Notes: generated by a model from the letters alone, not told the origin. DNA of 64,000 bases from a virus (IMGVR_UViG_3300035670_000147:1-64000), one strand, 5' to 3'. Numbered from the stretch's first letter, positions 8,460 through 18,418 are shown. Numbers and translations are program-made.

Positions 8460-10497
8460 GCGCCCCAGCAAATCGATTCTGGACGAGGACTATCTGCCGG
8501 CTGCTATCGTGAAGACCGCCGCGGAGAAGGTGCGGGCGCTCGACGAAGCCTTTGCCCCCGACTACACGCCGGAACAGTTAGAAAATCTCGGCGTGTACGA
8601 CGCGCTCTATCGGGGCCAAGGACCGCGCTTAGCCAGCCTCGGCGAATGGAAACCGGAGTGGGTGTCTGAGCACGACCCCAAGGGCTGGGCGCAGTGGTAC
8701 AAACGTTACACGGCCGGCCGCAGAATTCCCGACGAAGACGCCCGCCAGATCAAACGCTGGCTGAACTTTAAGTCACGCCACGGCGGGCCATTCAAAAAGA
8801 ACCCCACGGCTCGACGTGGCTGGGCGTTACGCAACTGGGCGATCGACCCGGCGAAACTCGTGACGCCCGAACAGGCCAACCGCGTCGCCGAGATGCTGGA
8901 CGAGTACAAGACCAAGGCGACGCAAAGATATCTTCAGGCGCGCGAGAAGCAGGCCGACCTGATTCCCGAACTCCGACTCCAAGAGCACCAGCAGCGCATT
9001 GCCGACCGCGCCTCGGAAGAAGACCCGCGGCTCTTGGTGTATCACGGCTTAGGCTCGGGAAAATCGCTCTCGGCTTTGGCTGCCGCAGAGGTTGCCAAGA
9101 AGAAACACGGCGATACCTATGGGATCGTGGTGCCGGCCAGCCTGCGCGGGAACTTTCAGAAAGAAGTGGCGAAATTTACCCGCAACTCAGACCCGGAGAT
9201 CATGAGTTATACGGGGCTGGGCATGGGGAAGAAATTTAAAACGCCGCCCGACACGTTGATCATGGACGAGGCTGCCCGCCTGCGCAATCCCCAAGCCGCC
9301 AGCACCCGGGCCGCCACCGAAGCCGCGCGCCAAGCCAAGCGCTTGCTCCTGCTCACCGGCACGCCGATCACAAACGAGCCGAGCGACTTAGCCAGCCTGT
9401 TGTCCATGCTGCACAACAAGCCGATTTCGCCCGACCAGTTCGACGAGAAATACGTGGGCTATAAAAAAGTCCGTCCGGGTTGGTTGGGCTGGCTCAAAGG
9501 CGTCAAGCCGGGTGAAAAGCCGCAGGTCAAAAACGAAGCCGAGTTGCGTGAGTTGCTCAAGGGCAAAGTCGACTATCAACCGAGCAAGACTCCAGAAGGC
9601 GTAAACGTCAATGAAGAAGTCGTGCGCGTTCCGTTGTCGCCGGCGCAGCAGAAAATTCAAAACGCCATCCGCACCAAAATTCCACCGGGCTTCTTGTGGA
9701 AACTCGATCAAGAGTTTCCGTTGTCGCGCGACGAACTGGCGAAACTTAATTCGTTCTTGACCGGGCTGCGCCAAGTGAGTTTAAGCACGCAGCCGTTTCG
9801 GAAAGATAAAGACGTGCTCAAGGCATTCGACCAGTCGAGCAAATTGCAGAAAGCCTATGCCGACCTGCAGCAAGTCTTACAGGAAGACCCGCGCAAGAAG
9901 GCGATTATCTATTCGAACTTCATTGATTCGGGCTTGAAACCGTATGCCGCCGCGCTGGAACGAGCCAAGGTGCCGTACGGTATTTTTCACGGCAGCATTC
10001 CGGTGAAAACCCGGCTGCAGGCGTTGAAAGATTACAACGAAGGGCGGCTGCGGGCGTTGTTATTGGGCCCCGCGGCGGCTGAGGGAATTAGCACGAAGGG
10101 CACGAGTTTAATTCAACTCTTGGACCCGCACTGGAACGAGTCGCGGTTGCAGCAAGCCCGGGGTCGCGGCCTGCGCTTTGACAGCCACGCCGGCCTGCCC
10201 GAAGACCTGAAAAACGTGCTCGTGCGCCGGTATCTCACGCAATCGGAAGAGCCGGGCCTTGTAGGAAAATATTTATTGGGCCGGCAACGGCAGCGCACCG
10301 GTGACGAAGTGCTGGAGCGCCTGACCGCCGAAAAAGAAGAGATTAACGAGGCATTTCGGCGCATTCTCCGCGAAGAGGGTGGTGCTCCCCCGCCCGAGGG
10401 CCCCAGCGTAAAGATATCAAGTATTCTGGACGACCCGCCGGAACCGCCGCTCAACCCTGCTGCAAAAGCATGGTTACAAGCGCAATTTGGTGCCTAA
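8449..10497 (+). CDS. SNF2/SF2 helicase fused to an N-terminal DPxGWxQWY domain
   Basis: HGLGSGKS (motif I), IMDEAA (II), LTGTP (III), AAEGIS, QARGRGLR (VI); N-domain HDPKGWAQWYKRYTAGRR..RQIKRW; EKQA at the junction. Confidence 0.85.
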   Translation: MTSRRPSKSILDEDYLPAAIVKTAAEKVRALDEAFAPDYTPEQLENLGVYDALYRGQGPRLASLGEWKPEWVSEHDPKGWAQWYKRYTAGRRIPDEDARQIKRWLNFKSRHGGPFKKNPTARRGWALRNWAIDPAKLVTPEQANRVAEMLDEYKTKATQRYLQAREKQADLIPELRLQEHQQRIADRASEEDPRLLVYHGLGSGKSLSALAAAEVAKKKHGDTYGIVVPASLRGNFQKEVAKFTRNSDPEIMSYTGLGMGKKFKTPPDTLIMDEAARLRNPQAASTRAATEAARQAKRLLLLTGTPITNEPSDLASLLSMLHNKPISPDQFDEKYVGYKKVRPGWLGWLKGVKPGEKPQVKNEAELRELLKGKVDYQPSKTPEGVNVNEEVVRVPLSPAQQKIQNAIRTKIPPGFLWKLDQEFPLSRDELAKLNSFLTGLRQVSLSTQPFRKDKDVLKAFDQSSKLQKAYADLQQVLQEDPRKKAIIYSNFIDSGLKPYAAALERAKVPYGIFHGSIPVKTRLQALKDYNEGRLRALLLGPAAAEGISTKGTSLIQLLDPHWNESRLQQARGRGLRFDSHAGLPEDLKNVLVRRYLTQSEEPGLVGKYLLGRQRQRTGDEVLERLTAEKEEINEAFRRILREEGGAPPPEGPSVKISSILDDPPEPPLNPAAKAWLQAQFGA

Positions 10498-10572
10498 AAA
10501 TAGCGTTCGTCGTGGCTTTCGCGGCCTGATACAATCGTCTCATTGGCAAGGATGCCTTCTGGAGACGTGAGC

Positions 10573-10920
10573 ATGGCGGCTCGATTTAAACAGTACCAGT
10601 CTCTCTTGCGGATGCTTAAGAAGGAGTTGCCGGCTGCGTTTCCGGTCAGCGTCCGCCGCGTAAAACTTGCCCGCGTGGAAGGCCGGTGCTGGAAGCACGG
10701 CAAAAAGTTCCACATTCAGGTCGACAGCACGATCGACGAGCACCGGGCGATGGACACGCTTCTGCACGAATGGGCGCACGCCCGCGCGTGGAACCACCGG
10801 CTCGACGCCGCGACCACGGACGACGAATTCAATAAGTTAGCCCATGACGCGGCGTGGGGCGTGGCATTTGCAGAAATTTATTCACTGTATGAGCAGCGAT
10901 TCACCACGGCCAGCATGTAA
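10573..10920 (+). CDS. small HExxH metallopeptidase-like protein
   Basis: DTLLHEWAH motif plus downstream H-D-x-x-W; GGAG RBS. Confidence 0.65.
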   Translation: MAARFKQYQSLLRMLKKELPAAFPVSVRRVKLARVEGRCWKHGKKFHIQVDSTIDEHRAMDTLLHEWAHARAWNHRLDAATTDDEFNKLAHDAAWGVAFAEIYSLYEQRFTTASM

Positions 10921-11167
10921 ACCCTTAGCGCGCGAGGTGTTGTTATCCGCGGGAAAATGTTGCGGCAACGGCTGTGTAAACTGTCCGTATTGGCCGCGCC
11001 ATCATCGAGGCAGCACGGAGTATGTTACAATGAAAACCTGCTGGGTATGTGGCGGCACACTGCTTGATATTCGCGGCAAATTGGTGTGCAATGCCTGTCG
11101 TACCGTGAACGAAACCTGCTGCGACGGCGGCCAGCAATGCCCCGCGACGCTAGAGAAAAAACAATGA
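10889..11167 (+). CDS. Cys-rich small metal-binding protein
   Basis: CCGNGCVNCPY (DUF5522-like) plus CxxC..CxxC zinc ribbon; a second start is possible at 11030. Confidence 0.5.
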   Translation: MSSDSPRPACKPLAREVLLSAGKCCGNGCVNCPYWPRHHRGSTEYVTMKTCWVCGGTLLDIRGKLVCNACRTVNETCCDGGQQCPATLEKKQ

Positions 11168-11832
11168 ACGCAAAACAATTTGGCCTGTTGTTGCGCCAAA
11201 AAATTGCCGCGGCCCCGCCGGACAACGTCGTGCCGCCGAATTCGCCGGCCACCCGCGATCCAGACTGGCAGGCTATCCGGACTAATTTGGCAAATGCCAA
11301 CCTACCGGCGGCGGCGTGGCAGCACGCCGGGTTACCGGCGATGACGGCAGAGCAATTGAACAATGCCAGCACGCGCGACATCTGGCACGTCAGCCAGCAA
11401 CTGGCGAAAGCCCCGCGGGCTACCTATCGGCGCGGCAGCGACCCGCGACAAGTTAACGCGTTTAACGCGCTCAGAGGCAAATCCATCGGTCTTGGCAAAC
11501 AATACAGCCCCGTGTTTGCGGGAGAGGGGAAGCCGGGCTACAAGCCGCCGCTGTCGTCTATCCCCGGCTTACCGCCACCCGCGGCAGCCGCGCCTCAACA
11601 GCGACAACCGCCAGCGCCCGCTCCTGTTCCGCCGCAGCCGCCTCGTGTTCCCGCGCCGCCGCCGCCTCCTCGCCGCCAGCCGCCGCAGCACGCCGTACCC
11701 GGCTTTCAGGTGGGACAGCCGGTTCCCGCTGGGCACGTACTGAACGACCAAAATATTTTAGTGCGAGACGTAACAAAGCAGCGGCCTCCGGCGCAAGCCG
11801 TGCCCCGGTTGCCCGCGCCGCCCCGCCAGTAA
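11164..11832 (+). CDS. Pro-rich putative head-internal protein
   Basis: MNAKQFGLLLRQKIAA leader; Pro-rich C-terminus. Confidence 0.6.
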   Translation: MNAKQFGLLLRQKIAAAPPDNVVPPNSPATRDPDWQAIRTNLANANLPAAAWQHAGLPAMTAEQLNNASTRDIWHVSQQLAKAPRATYRRGSDPRQVNAFNALRGKSIGLGKQYSPVFAGEGKPGYKPPLSSIPGLPPPAAAAPQQRQPPAPAPVPPQPPRVPAPPPPPRRQPPQHAVPGFQVGQPVPAGHVLNDQNILVRDVTKQRPPAQAVPRLPAPPRQ

Positions 11833-11841
11833 GAAAGGCTG

Positions 11842-13947
11842 ATGATGACACTTCCGCGCAACTTTCGTGCGACGCTGAACAAGTATGCGTTTAACGTGAA
11901 GACGCCGGCGGGCGGAAAACCGCCGGCAGCCTCGGCTCCTGCTGCGGCGCCCTCTTCCGTCCCGAAAGGACTGACGGAGCAGGCGCAGGACTTCTGGGCG
12001 AGCCCGGCCGCGAAAGGCGCAACCCCGAAACCGGCAAAACTCTTAGAGCCTGCCGGCCCGTCGATCGGTGCGGGCCCGAAGCCCGTCGGCAACAATGTTA
12101 TTTTTGCGAATCAAAACGCAGCCGCCCAGACCCCGCAACCAGCCGCCGCGGCACCCGCGGGTCGTGGCGGCGGCGCCGCATTACCGTCGCATCTGCGTAA
12201 TACGTCCCCGCGAAGCGCCCCGCCGCCGCAAGCAGCGCCGCGTGTGCCCGGCACTTATCGCGAAGGCGAGACGCCGGCCAGCCACACGGGTCTCGGCTCT
12301 TATGTTGACGTGTTAGATCGGTGGTACAACCCGTGGACGACGCAGACCGGCTCAGAGCGTGGCGAAGAAAGTTTGAAAGGCTGGGGCCAGACGGCCATGG
12401 GAGTCGCGGGTGGCGCAGCCGCTACGGCCGCGGCTGTTCCCGTGGCCGCCGCCGCGGGTATGACGGCAGCCGGTGGCGGGGCGATGACGGCCGGCGGAAC
12501 GGCGACTACGATCGGGTCGCAGGCTGTGCTCCCCGCAGCCATAGAAGGGGCGCGGCAATTAACGGAACCCACTACGCCGCCGGCACCCTCTCCTGAACAG
12601 GCCGCGCCGCAAACGCAACAAACGCAGCAAACGCAGCAAACGCAACCGGGCGCGCAGCCGGCGCCCGACGCAGCAACAGCGGCGAAGCCGGCAGCACCAA
12701 TGACGCCCGAGCAAAAGCAGCAGGCGAACACGGACGTCATGGCGAAGTTAAACAGCGACATGCCCGACGCCGAGAAGAAGCAACTGGCGCAGCAGCACGT
12801 GCAGCAGATGCTTGACAGCAATCCGGAAATGAAACAAGGCATGGCTGATTTGCACGCCGGCAAAGACACGCCGCAAGCCAAAGCGTTTCAGGCAGAAGTT
12901 GATAAAGCCGGAAACGCGTATATCCGGGAAGAGTTTGCCAAGTTACGGCAGCAGAATCCGGGTGCCGGGCCGCAAGAACAAGGCGGCATGTTAAACAGCG
13001 TGATGCAGGGTTGGCAAAACATGCCCGAGCCGATGAAGTGGATGATGGGCATTGGCTTGGGCGGCGGTCTTCTGGGCGTGCTTGGGAGCATGTTCGGTGG
13101 TGGCGGGGGCATGGGTATGTTGGGGCTGTTAGGTTTAGGCGCCGCGGGCTTAGCCGGCGCGGCCGGCGGCATGTTCGGTTCGGGCGCGCAAGACGCGTTG
13201 GGCGGCATGGTCGGCCAACTGGGGCAAGCAACCGGCATGATTCCAAAAGACATGGACTTGTCGGCATTGAAGGGGGAAGACGCTGTGCAGCGCGCGACAG
13301 CGGACGCTTCTGGCGGCGGTATTTGGGGCGGCATCAAAGCGTACTTCAACCCCGAAGGCGAGGCGAAGAACGTGCAAGGCAAACTCGATCAGGCCAACCA
13401 ATTGGAGCGCCTGATGATGGTGCCCGAAGGCATGCGCTCGGGCTTGATGCGGCAGATCAGCCCGAACTCGTCGCCGGAAGAAATTCAGCAAATGTTAAAT
13501 AACGCCAAACAAATGCATGGCGCAATGAACGATCCAAAACATCAACTCGGGCAGCAGATGCAGAAGGGGCGCGCGTTTGTGAGCGACCCGACGAAGTACG
13601 TGAACGACGCCGCGTCCGAATATTACAACCCGGCGAAGTGGGATGTGATGCCGTGGAATTGGGGCGGCAAGACAAGTGCCGACCGCGGCGCGCTCCTCGC
13701 GAAACATTGGGCGAAAGAAGCACGCTGCTGGAAGGGTTACGAGCCTGTACCGGGCAAGGCGCCATATAGCGAAAACTCGTGCCGCCCGATCGGCAGCAAG
13801 AAGAAGAAAAAGAAGACCGAGAAAGCCGAGAAGCGCGCGGAAGAAATTATTGACGAGTGGCTGAAAAAATATCGGGCTCGCGGCCAAAAGGGGCGCTGGG
13901 TTAACACCCGCCGCGGCAGCAAAACCGAACTTAAAATGGCGCACTAA
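11842..13947 (+). CDS. large low-complexity putative virion polyprotein
   Basis: 701 aa; NKYA, GKTSA and AKEAR motifs; Gly zippers; second copy of the CWxGYEPVPGK module. Confidence 0.7.
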   Translation: MMTLPRNFRATLNKYAFNVKTPAGGKPPAASAPAAAPSSVPKGLTEQAQDFWASPAAKGATPKPAKLLEPAGPSIGAGPKPVGNNVIFANQNAAAQTPQPAAAAPAGRGGGAALPSHLRNTSPRSAPPPQAAPRVPGTYREGETPASHTGLGSYVDVLDRWYNPWTTQTGSERGEESLKGWGQTAMGVAGGAAATAAAVPVAAAAGMTAAGGGAMTAGGTATTIGSQAVLPAAIEGARQLTEPTTPPAPSPEQAAPQTQQTQQTQQTQPGAQPAPDAATAAKPAAPMTPEQKQQANTDVMAKLNSDMPDAEKKQLAQQHVQQMLDSNPEMKQGMADLHAGKDTPQAKAFQAEVDKAGNAYIREEFAKLRQQNPGAGPQEQGGMLNSVMQGWQNMPEPMKWMMGIGLGGGLLGVLGSMFGGGGGMGMLGLLGLGAAGLAGAAGGMFGSGAQDALGGMVGQLGQATGMIPKDMDLSALKGEDAVQRATADASGGGIWGGIKAYFNPEGEAKNVQGKLDQANQLERLMMVPEGMRSGLMRQISPNSSPEEIQQMLNNAKQMHGAMNDPKHQLGQQMQKGRAFVSDPTKYVNDAASEYYNPAKWDVMPWNWGGKTSADRGALLAKHWAKEARCWKGYEPVPGKAPYSENSCRPIGSKKKKKKTEKAEKRAEEIIDEWLKKYRARGQKGRWVNTRRGSKTELKMAH

Positions 13948-14016
13948 CAGCGAAAATGCTGTTTACAGACCCGCGCAGACCCGCTACAGTACTAACTCCC
14001 TCGCAGGAGTTGTCCC

Positions 14017-14916
14017 TTGAAGCGGGTCTTGTTTTTTATTGAGAACAACTGGGTCTTCGGAAAGATATTCAATGAACTCTCCAAGCACATTTACCCACTC
14101 TACGATTGCGACATATTCGATTGGGGCAAGGTCCAAGAAAAAGAAAACACGGACCGGATGCAGCAAAAGTACGATTTATTCTTCTCCACACCCGTGGGAT
14201 GTTTTTTCCTGCACGACACCTACGGAATCCCGCTGGAACGATGCTATGGTCACGCCCACAGTGACTTTGACATCGTGGACGCCCGCAGACGATTTCCGCC
14301 CGAATACTTCGACCGACTGCGCGGCTATGGCGTAGTGTCGTCGCCCCTGCGTTATGTTTCTTTTTCGCACGGCGTTCGTCGCGTGCCCGCAGTGTTACCC
14401 GCCGGCGTAACGTGCGCAAACTATCAACGGACGCCGCCTGCAAAAATAGCGCGGCTGGGTTACTTCGGGCGGATGACGCGCAAAGACGGCAATTTTGATA
14501 TCAAACGCGGTTATCTCGCCCAGACTGTCGCAGAAAAAACACAACTTGAATTCTGGAACCGCGAGCACGTGCCGTTCTTCGTCGCCGACCGGCTGTATCA
14601 CGAAGTTGATCTAGTTATGTTTTGTTCGCTCGTTGAAGGCAATCCGTACGTGGCGATCGAAGCCTGTGCCGCCGGAATTCCGACGCTCGGAACCGCTGCG
14701 GGTATTTTTCCTGACATCGCCAATATGGGCGCCGGAATTTTACTTCCCATGGAAGAAGATGCTTTCGTTGCTAGCGCCGTAAAAACAATTTCGACTTTAC
14801 AAAACGAGCCGGCGCTGTACGCTCGTATGTGTGAAAACGCCGCAGAGGTCGGCAAGACGTTCGATTGGTCCGTCATTAAAAACACGTGGATCGCTGAGTT
14901 TCAGCGCGTGACATAA
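14017..14916 (+). CDS. glycosyltransferase family 4 (GT-B)
   Basis: GYFGR, K-R-G, SLVEGNPYVAIEACAAGIP (ExxxxxxxE) motif. Confidence 0.85.
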   Translation: MKRVLFFIENNWVFGKIFNELSKHIYPLYDCDIFDWGKVQEKENTDRMQQKYDLFFSTPVGCFFLHDTYGIPLERCYGHAHSDFDIVDARRRFPPEYFDRLRGYGVVSSPLRYVSFSHGVRRVPAVLPAGVTCANYQRTPPAKIARLGYFGRMTRKDGNFDIKRGYLAQTVAEKTQLEFWNREHVPFFVADRLYHEVDLVMFCSLVEGNPYVAIEACAAGIPTLGTAAGIFPDIANMGAGILLPMEEDAFVASAVKTISTLQNEPALYARMCENAAEVGKTFDWSVIKNTWIAEFQRVT

Positions 14917-14955
14917 ACGCCCCGCGCACGGATGCCCCAACGCGAAAGGATTCGC

Positions 14956-15591
14956 ATGGCCCAAAAACTAATAGAGATCGTCCCGACGAAACGCCAGATT
15001 CAACGCGCCCGCGACCGTGAAGAGGAAATGACCGCGCTGTTTACGGCACGCTACGGACGCAGCCACTTGAACAACTCGATTCTTGAAGGCGAAGGCATGT
15101 TCGCCGGCTTATTGGGTGAAGACCTGTTTCGCGATTATTACGGGTTTGTCCGGTCTTCTGGCGAAGCCATCTTTCATTACGACCTGCTAGACTCGGTGAT
15201 TCTCGGGAAGATCGAGGTCAAAACCAAACGTTGCACGTCGGCGCCCAAGGAGCATTACAACTGCTCGATCGCGGCGAGCAACGCCGAGCAGCAGTGCAAT
15301 TACTACGCTTTTGTTCGCGTGCTCAATGATTTCTCGCGCGCGTGGATTCTGGGTTTAATGCCCAAAGACGATTTTTTTGAAAAAGCGCTGTTCTTCAAGC
15401 GCGGCCAGACTGATCCGGCTGGTTTTGGTGGCTGGCGGTTTAAGTGGGACTGCTTCAACCTGCCGATTAAAGATTTATTGGCCCCGCCGCTAGTCACCCG
15501 CGGCTTTGACGATTATGATTATCGCCCGGCGCGGCATCCAGAGTTCACCCCCGAAATTGAAACTCGTAACCCCGAGGAGTTTGAAGCATGA
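14956..15591 (+). CDS. putative PD-(D/E)XK nuclease-like protein
   Basis: GE...YD...IEVKTK motif. Confidence 0.55.
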   Translation: MAQKLIEIVPTKRQIQRARDREEEMTALFTARYGRSHLNNSILEGEGMFAGLLGEDLFRDYYGFVRSSGEAIFHYDLLDSVILGKIEVKTKRCTSAPKEHYNCSIAASNAEQQCNYYAFVRVLNDFSRAWILGLMPKDDFFEKALFFKRGQTDPAGFGGWRFKWDCFNLPIKDLLAPPLVTRGFDDYDYRPARHPEFTPEIETRNPEEFEA

Positions 15592-16130
15592 CATTATCTG
15601 ATTCCGGCCCGAAAGGCCCGCTCGGCGAACCGGGCCTGACGCTGCAGTCGTTTCTGGAGTTCATGAACAATGACCTGCAGAACGAGTGGACGCATTTAAA
15701 GTTTTATTTGTACCACTCGGCGCTGATTGCGGGGCTGCACTCCGCCGAGTACCGCGAGTTCTTTACTGACGCGGCCAAGGGCGAAATGGAGCATGTGCAA
15801 GCGTTCATGGACCGGCTGCTGGGGCTGAACTACTCCAACCCGACGCAGACATCGGCCGCGTTTTCAACGTTCTCGCACCCCGCGGACGCGATTACGCACG
15901 CCATCGAGTTAGAAATGCATGTTGTTGAAAACTACATTCAGCGATTGAAGCAGTTGGAGCATCTTTCTGCGGCCCACCCGGTAACCGCCCGGTATTTAAC
16001 TGTGTTCTATGAAGATCAACTCAAGGACAGTTACGAGGACTGCGAGCGGATGCGCCGGATTATGTCGGACGACCTGCGGCAGATTTTGCGCAACACCCGG
16101 CACGACCCGCACAAGTTTTTAGCCAAGTAA
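15588..16130 (+). CDS. ferritin/bacterioferritin-like protein
   Basis: E..H.(Y)...E-x-x-H (GEMEH), AIELE, Y di-iron four-helix pattern. Confidence 0.8.
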   Translation: MTLSDSGPKGPLGEPGLTLQSFLEFMNNDLQNEWTHLKFYLYHSALIAGLHSAEYREFFTDAAKGEMEHVQAFMDRLLGLNYSNPTQTSAAFSTFSHPADAITHAIELEMHVVENYIQRLKQLEHLSAAHPVTARYLTVFYEDQLKDSYEDCERMRRIMSDDLRQILRNTRHDPHKFLAK

Positions 16131-16227
16131 TGTCATGACGGAGATACTGTGGTGTGTTGCGGTCGCATTGATGCTGCACTTGCTTACTCGCGCCGGCGGC
16201 AACACGACGGACACGGGGCCAAGGTGA

Positions 16228-16299
16228 TGCCCGGTAGCACAATGGTAGTGCACGGCACTGTTAATGCTGGGGTTGTAAGTTCGAGTCTTACCCGGGCAG
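16228..16299 (+). tRNA. tRNA-Asn(GTT)
   Basis: Acceptor TGCCCGG/CCGGGCA plus G discriminator; D-loop TGGTA; anticodon arm CGGCA-CTGTTAA-TGCTG; T-arm GTAAG-TTCGAGT-CTTAC; CCA not encoded. Confidence 0.92.
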
Positions 16300-16307
16300 T
16301 TTGAGCG

Positions 16308-16853
16308 ATGATTGTTGAGATCGGCACCTGCGACTTCGAAACCCAAGCCGGAGTTGCCGACGGATTGTTTATCGAACCGGTCAAGTATTATTTCGACCGG
16401 CTCCCGCCGTGCCGCAAAGAAAATGTGGCGGTATCCAACTACACCGGCGAAATTGATATCTATTACGTGGACCCCGACGAGATCGCCGCCCGGGGGCTCG
16501 ATACGTGGCTCCGCGGCTGCAACTCAGTGGTTCGGCCACACATGCAGCACGCCCGCCTGCCGCCGGAAATCGTACGAAAAGATACGGTGCCGGTTGTGCG
16601 GATCAAATCACTGCTCGATAAATACGAAATTACCGAGATTGACACATTAAAAATCGACACCGAGGGGCACGACGCGATAATTTTGAACGATTTTTTAAGT
16701 ACGACCAGCATCCGCCCGCGGGAAATTATGTTTGAAAATAACGGGCTTGTTCCGCGCGCAGACATTAAATTGCTGGCAACGCGCTTGCAAACTTTGGGTT
16801 ATGCTGTCACGATTACGGATGGCGCCGGGTACGCCCTGCGGCCTAGTACTTAA
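16308..16853 (+). CDS. FkbM-family methyltransferase
   Basis: VEIG, IEP, ENVAVS and IDTLKIDTEGHD motifs. Confidence 0.85.
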   Translation: MIVEIGTCDFETQAGVADGLFIEPVKYYFDRLPPCRKENVAVSNYTGEIDIYYVDPDEIAARGLDTWLRGCNSVVRPHMQHARLPPEIVRKDTVPVVRIKSLLDKYEITEIDTLKIDTEGHDAIILNDFLSTTSIRPREIMFENNGLVPRADIKLLATRLQTLGYAVTITDGAGYALRPST

Positions 16854-16868
16854 TACAGGAGACGCGCA

Positions 16869-17078
16869 ATGGATCGGTTTGAGTTAGAGCAGGCGATCGT
16901 GGCCTGCGGCAACGTGGCAGACGACCTCGATATGCTGCTGGAGACGATCTTAGAAGACAACATCGACCCCGACCGGATTGCGAACGCGCTGCTGGGCGCC
17001 CGCGAACTGCACGAGATGCGCTGCAAAAAAGCATTTGATATTTTTTCGCACATGATTCAGACGGGCCACATTTCGTAA
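16869..17078 (+). CDS. hypothetical phage protein
   Basis: AGGAG RBS, 69 aa helical ORF. Confidence 0.7.
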   Translation: MDRFELEQAIVACGNVADDLDMLLETILEDNIDPDRIANALLGARELHEMRCKKAFDIFSHMIQTGHIS

Positions 17079-17089
17079 AGTTGCGGCTT

Positions 17090-17350
17090 ATGGAAGAGTT
17101 TAGTTGGTACACCGCCGCGACCGTGTTCGTGGTGTACGTGTTCTTCGACATTCTGTACGCGCTGTATGTAATTTGCGTCAGCCGCCAACAGGCCCTTACA
17201 GCGAGCGGCATCAGCGCCGTGCTATACAGCCTCGGAGCGTACGGCGTGATGAACTACTTGCATAATCCGTGGTATTTAATTCCGCTCGCGATCGGTGCTT
17301 TTATCGGCACCTACATCGCCGTGAAGTACATGGGCAACTGGCACGCATGA
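17090..17350 (+). CDS. small membrane protein
   Basis: Three hydrophobic segments. Confidence 0.65.
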   Translation: MEEFSWYTAATVFVVYVFFDILYALYVICVSRQQALTASGISAVLYSLGAYGVMNYLHNPWYLIPLAIGAFIGTYIAVKYMGNWHA

Positions 17351-17757
17351 CGCCGTACCGGTATACGACGATCGCCATTGACTTCGACCGGACCTTTACC
17401 AGCGACGTCGAATTCTGGCGCTTTTTTATTCGCCACGCGGTCAAACGCGGGCATAAAGTTATTTGTGTCACCGGCCGGACGGAAACTCCTTTTTCGCGGA
17501 TGGAGTTGTTGCACACGTTTGGCGAGCAGACTTACAAACTGCTGGCGGACTGTATTTTTTGCAACCACTCCCCGAAACGTGACCGGACGCTCGCGCTGGG
17601 CTATAAAATCGACATCTGGATCGACGATATGCCCGAAGGAATAGGCGCGACAGATGCGGCGGTGTTTCGTAAGTTGGAAGATATGTTCCCGGTCTGCGAA
17701 ACGTTGCCGGTGTTTGTAAAAAAAGCCGTAGACCCCGTGAAAGTGTGGGCGCCATGA
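17347..17757 (+). CDS. HAD-superfamily hydrolase-like protein
   Basis: IAIDFDRT (motif I), VTGR (II), K, IWIDD (IV). Confidence 0.8.
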   Translation: MTPYRYTTIAIDFDRTFTSDVEFWRFFIRHAVKRGHKVICVTGRTETPFSRMELLHTFGEQTYKLLADCIFCNHSPKRDRTLALGYKIDIWIDDMPEGIGATDAAVFRKLEDMFPVCETLPVFVKKAVDPVKVWAP

Positions 17758-18023
17758 CACTCCCCTACGAACGAACGCGGGCTGTCATTCACGCCGTCGA
17801 TTTTTTGACGCGGCTTGTGAGTCCGTACAACGAGCGCGGCATCAAAAAGATACCGAAAGAGGTGCGGCAAGAAGCCCTGCGGGTGTTGCGGCACTTTCCC
17901 CGGCCCTACGACTTATACGAAGCCGCGAAAGCCGCCCCTGATGTGTTCGACTCTCAAGAATTATTACGCTATGACGAAGAGCAACAACAAAAATGGCTCG
18001 TTAAACAACCGCATGAAACGTAA
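17754..18023 (+). CDS. BPSL0761-like small phage protein
   Basis: [11 protein letters not shown]...LRHFP pattern. Confidence 0.65.
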   Translation: MTLPYERTRAVIHAVDFLTRLVSPYNERGIKKIPKEVRQEALRVLRHFPRPYDLYEAAKAAPDVFDSQELLRYDEEQQQKWLVKQPHET

Positions 18024-18052
18024 GGTATACTTAAGTTTCACGCGGAGGAGTT

Positions 18053-18418
18053 ATGGATATTTATGACATCTTGGCTGTCGTTTTTGTCGTTGTATTTGGC
18101 GCTGGTTTTCTTGGCGGTTATCTTTGCGCACGCCTTGATTACCTCTATGTCCGTCTCCGGGAGTGGCACGAAGGCGCCAGTCAAATTCCGCAAGCGACGG
18201 GATTCTTCTCGGAGCGCGCCAGTTCGTCCTCGCGGCAAGCCAAAACCCAAGCCCGCGCGGTTGCAGAAAAAATCGACATCGACACGCGCACGGTCGTCAC
18301 GGAAATCAACACGGCGGGCATCCAAAAAGGCTCAGAAGTAGAAATGGGCAAAACGACCGCAGCGCAAGATACAATTAACGAGTCAGTTTCTCGGCTGGCG
18401 CAATTAAAAGGAAAATAG
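18053..18418 (+). CDS. N-terminally membrane-anchored protein (possible actin partner)
   Basis: GGAGGAG RBS; N-terminal TM helix; two genes upstream of the actin-like gene. Confidence 0.65.
   Translation: MDIYDILAVVFVVVFGAGFLGGYLCARLDYLYVRLREWHEGASQIPQATGFFSERASSSSRQAKTQARAVAEKIDIDTRTVVTEINTAGIQKGSEVEMGKTTAAQDTINESVSRLAQLKGK

Noticed and set aside
12608-12646. Short tandem repeats (QTQ; also GGEM ~46866 and DEVV ~27202)
   Set aside because: In-frame low-complexity coding repeats without signs of a separate function
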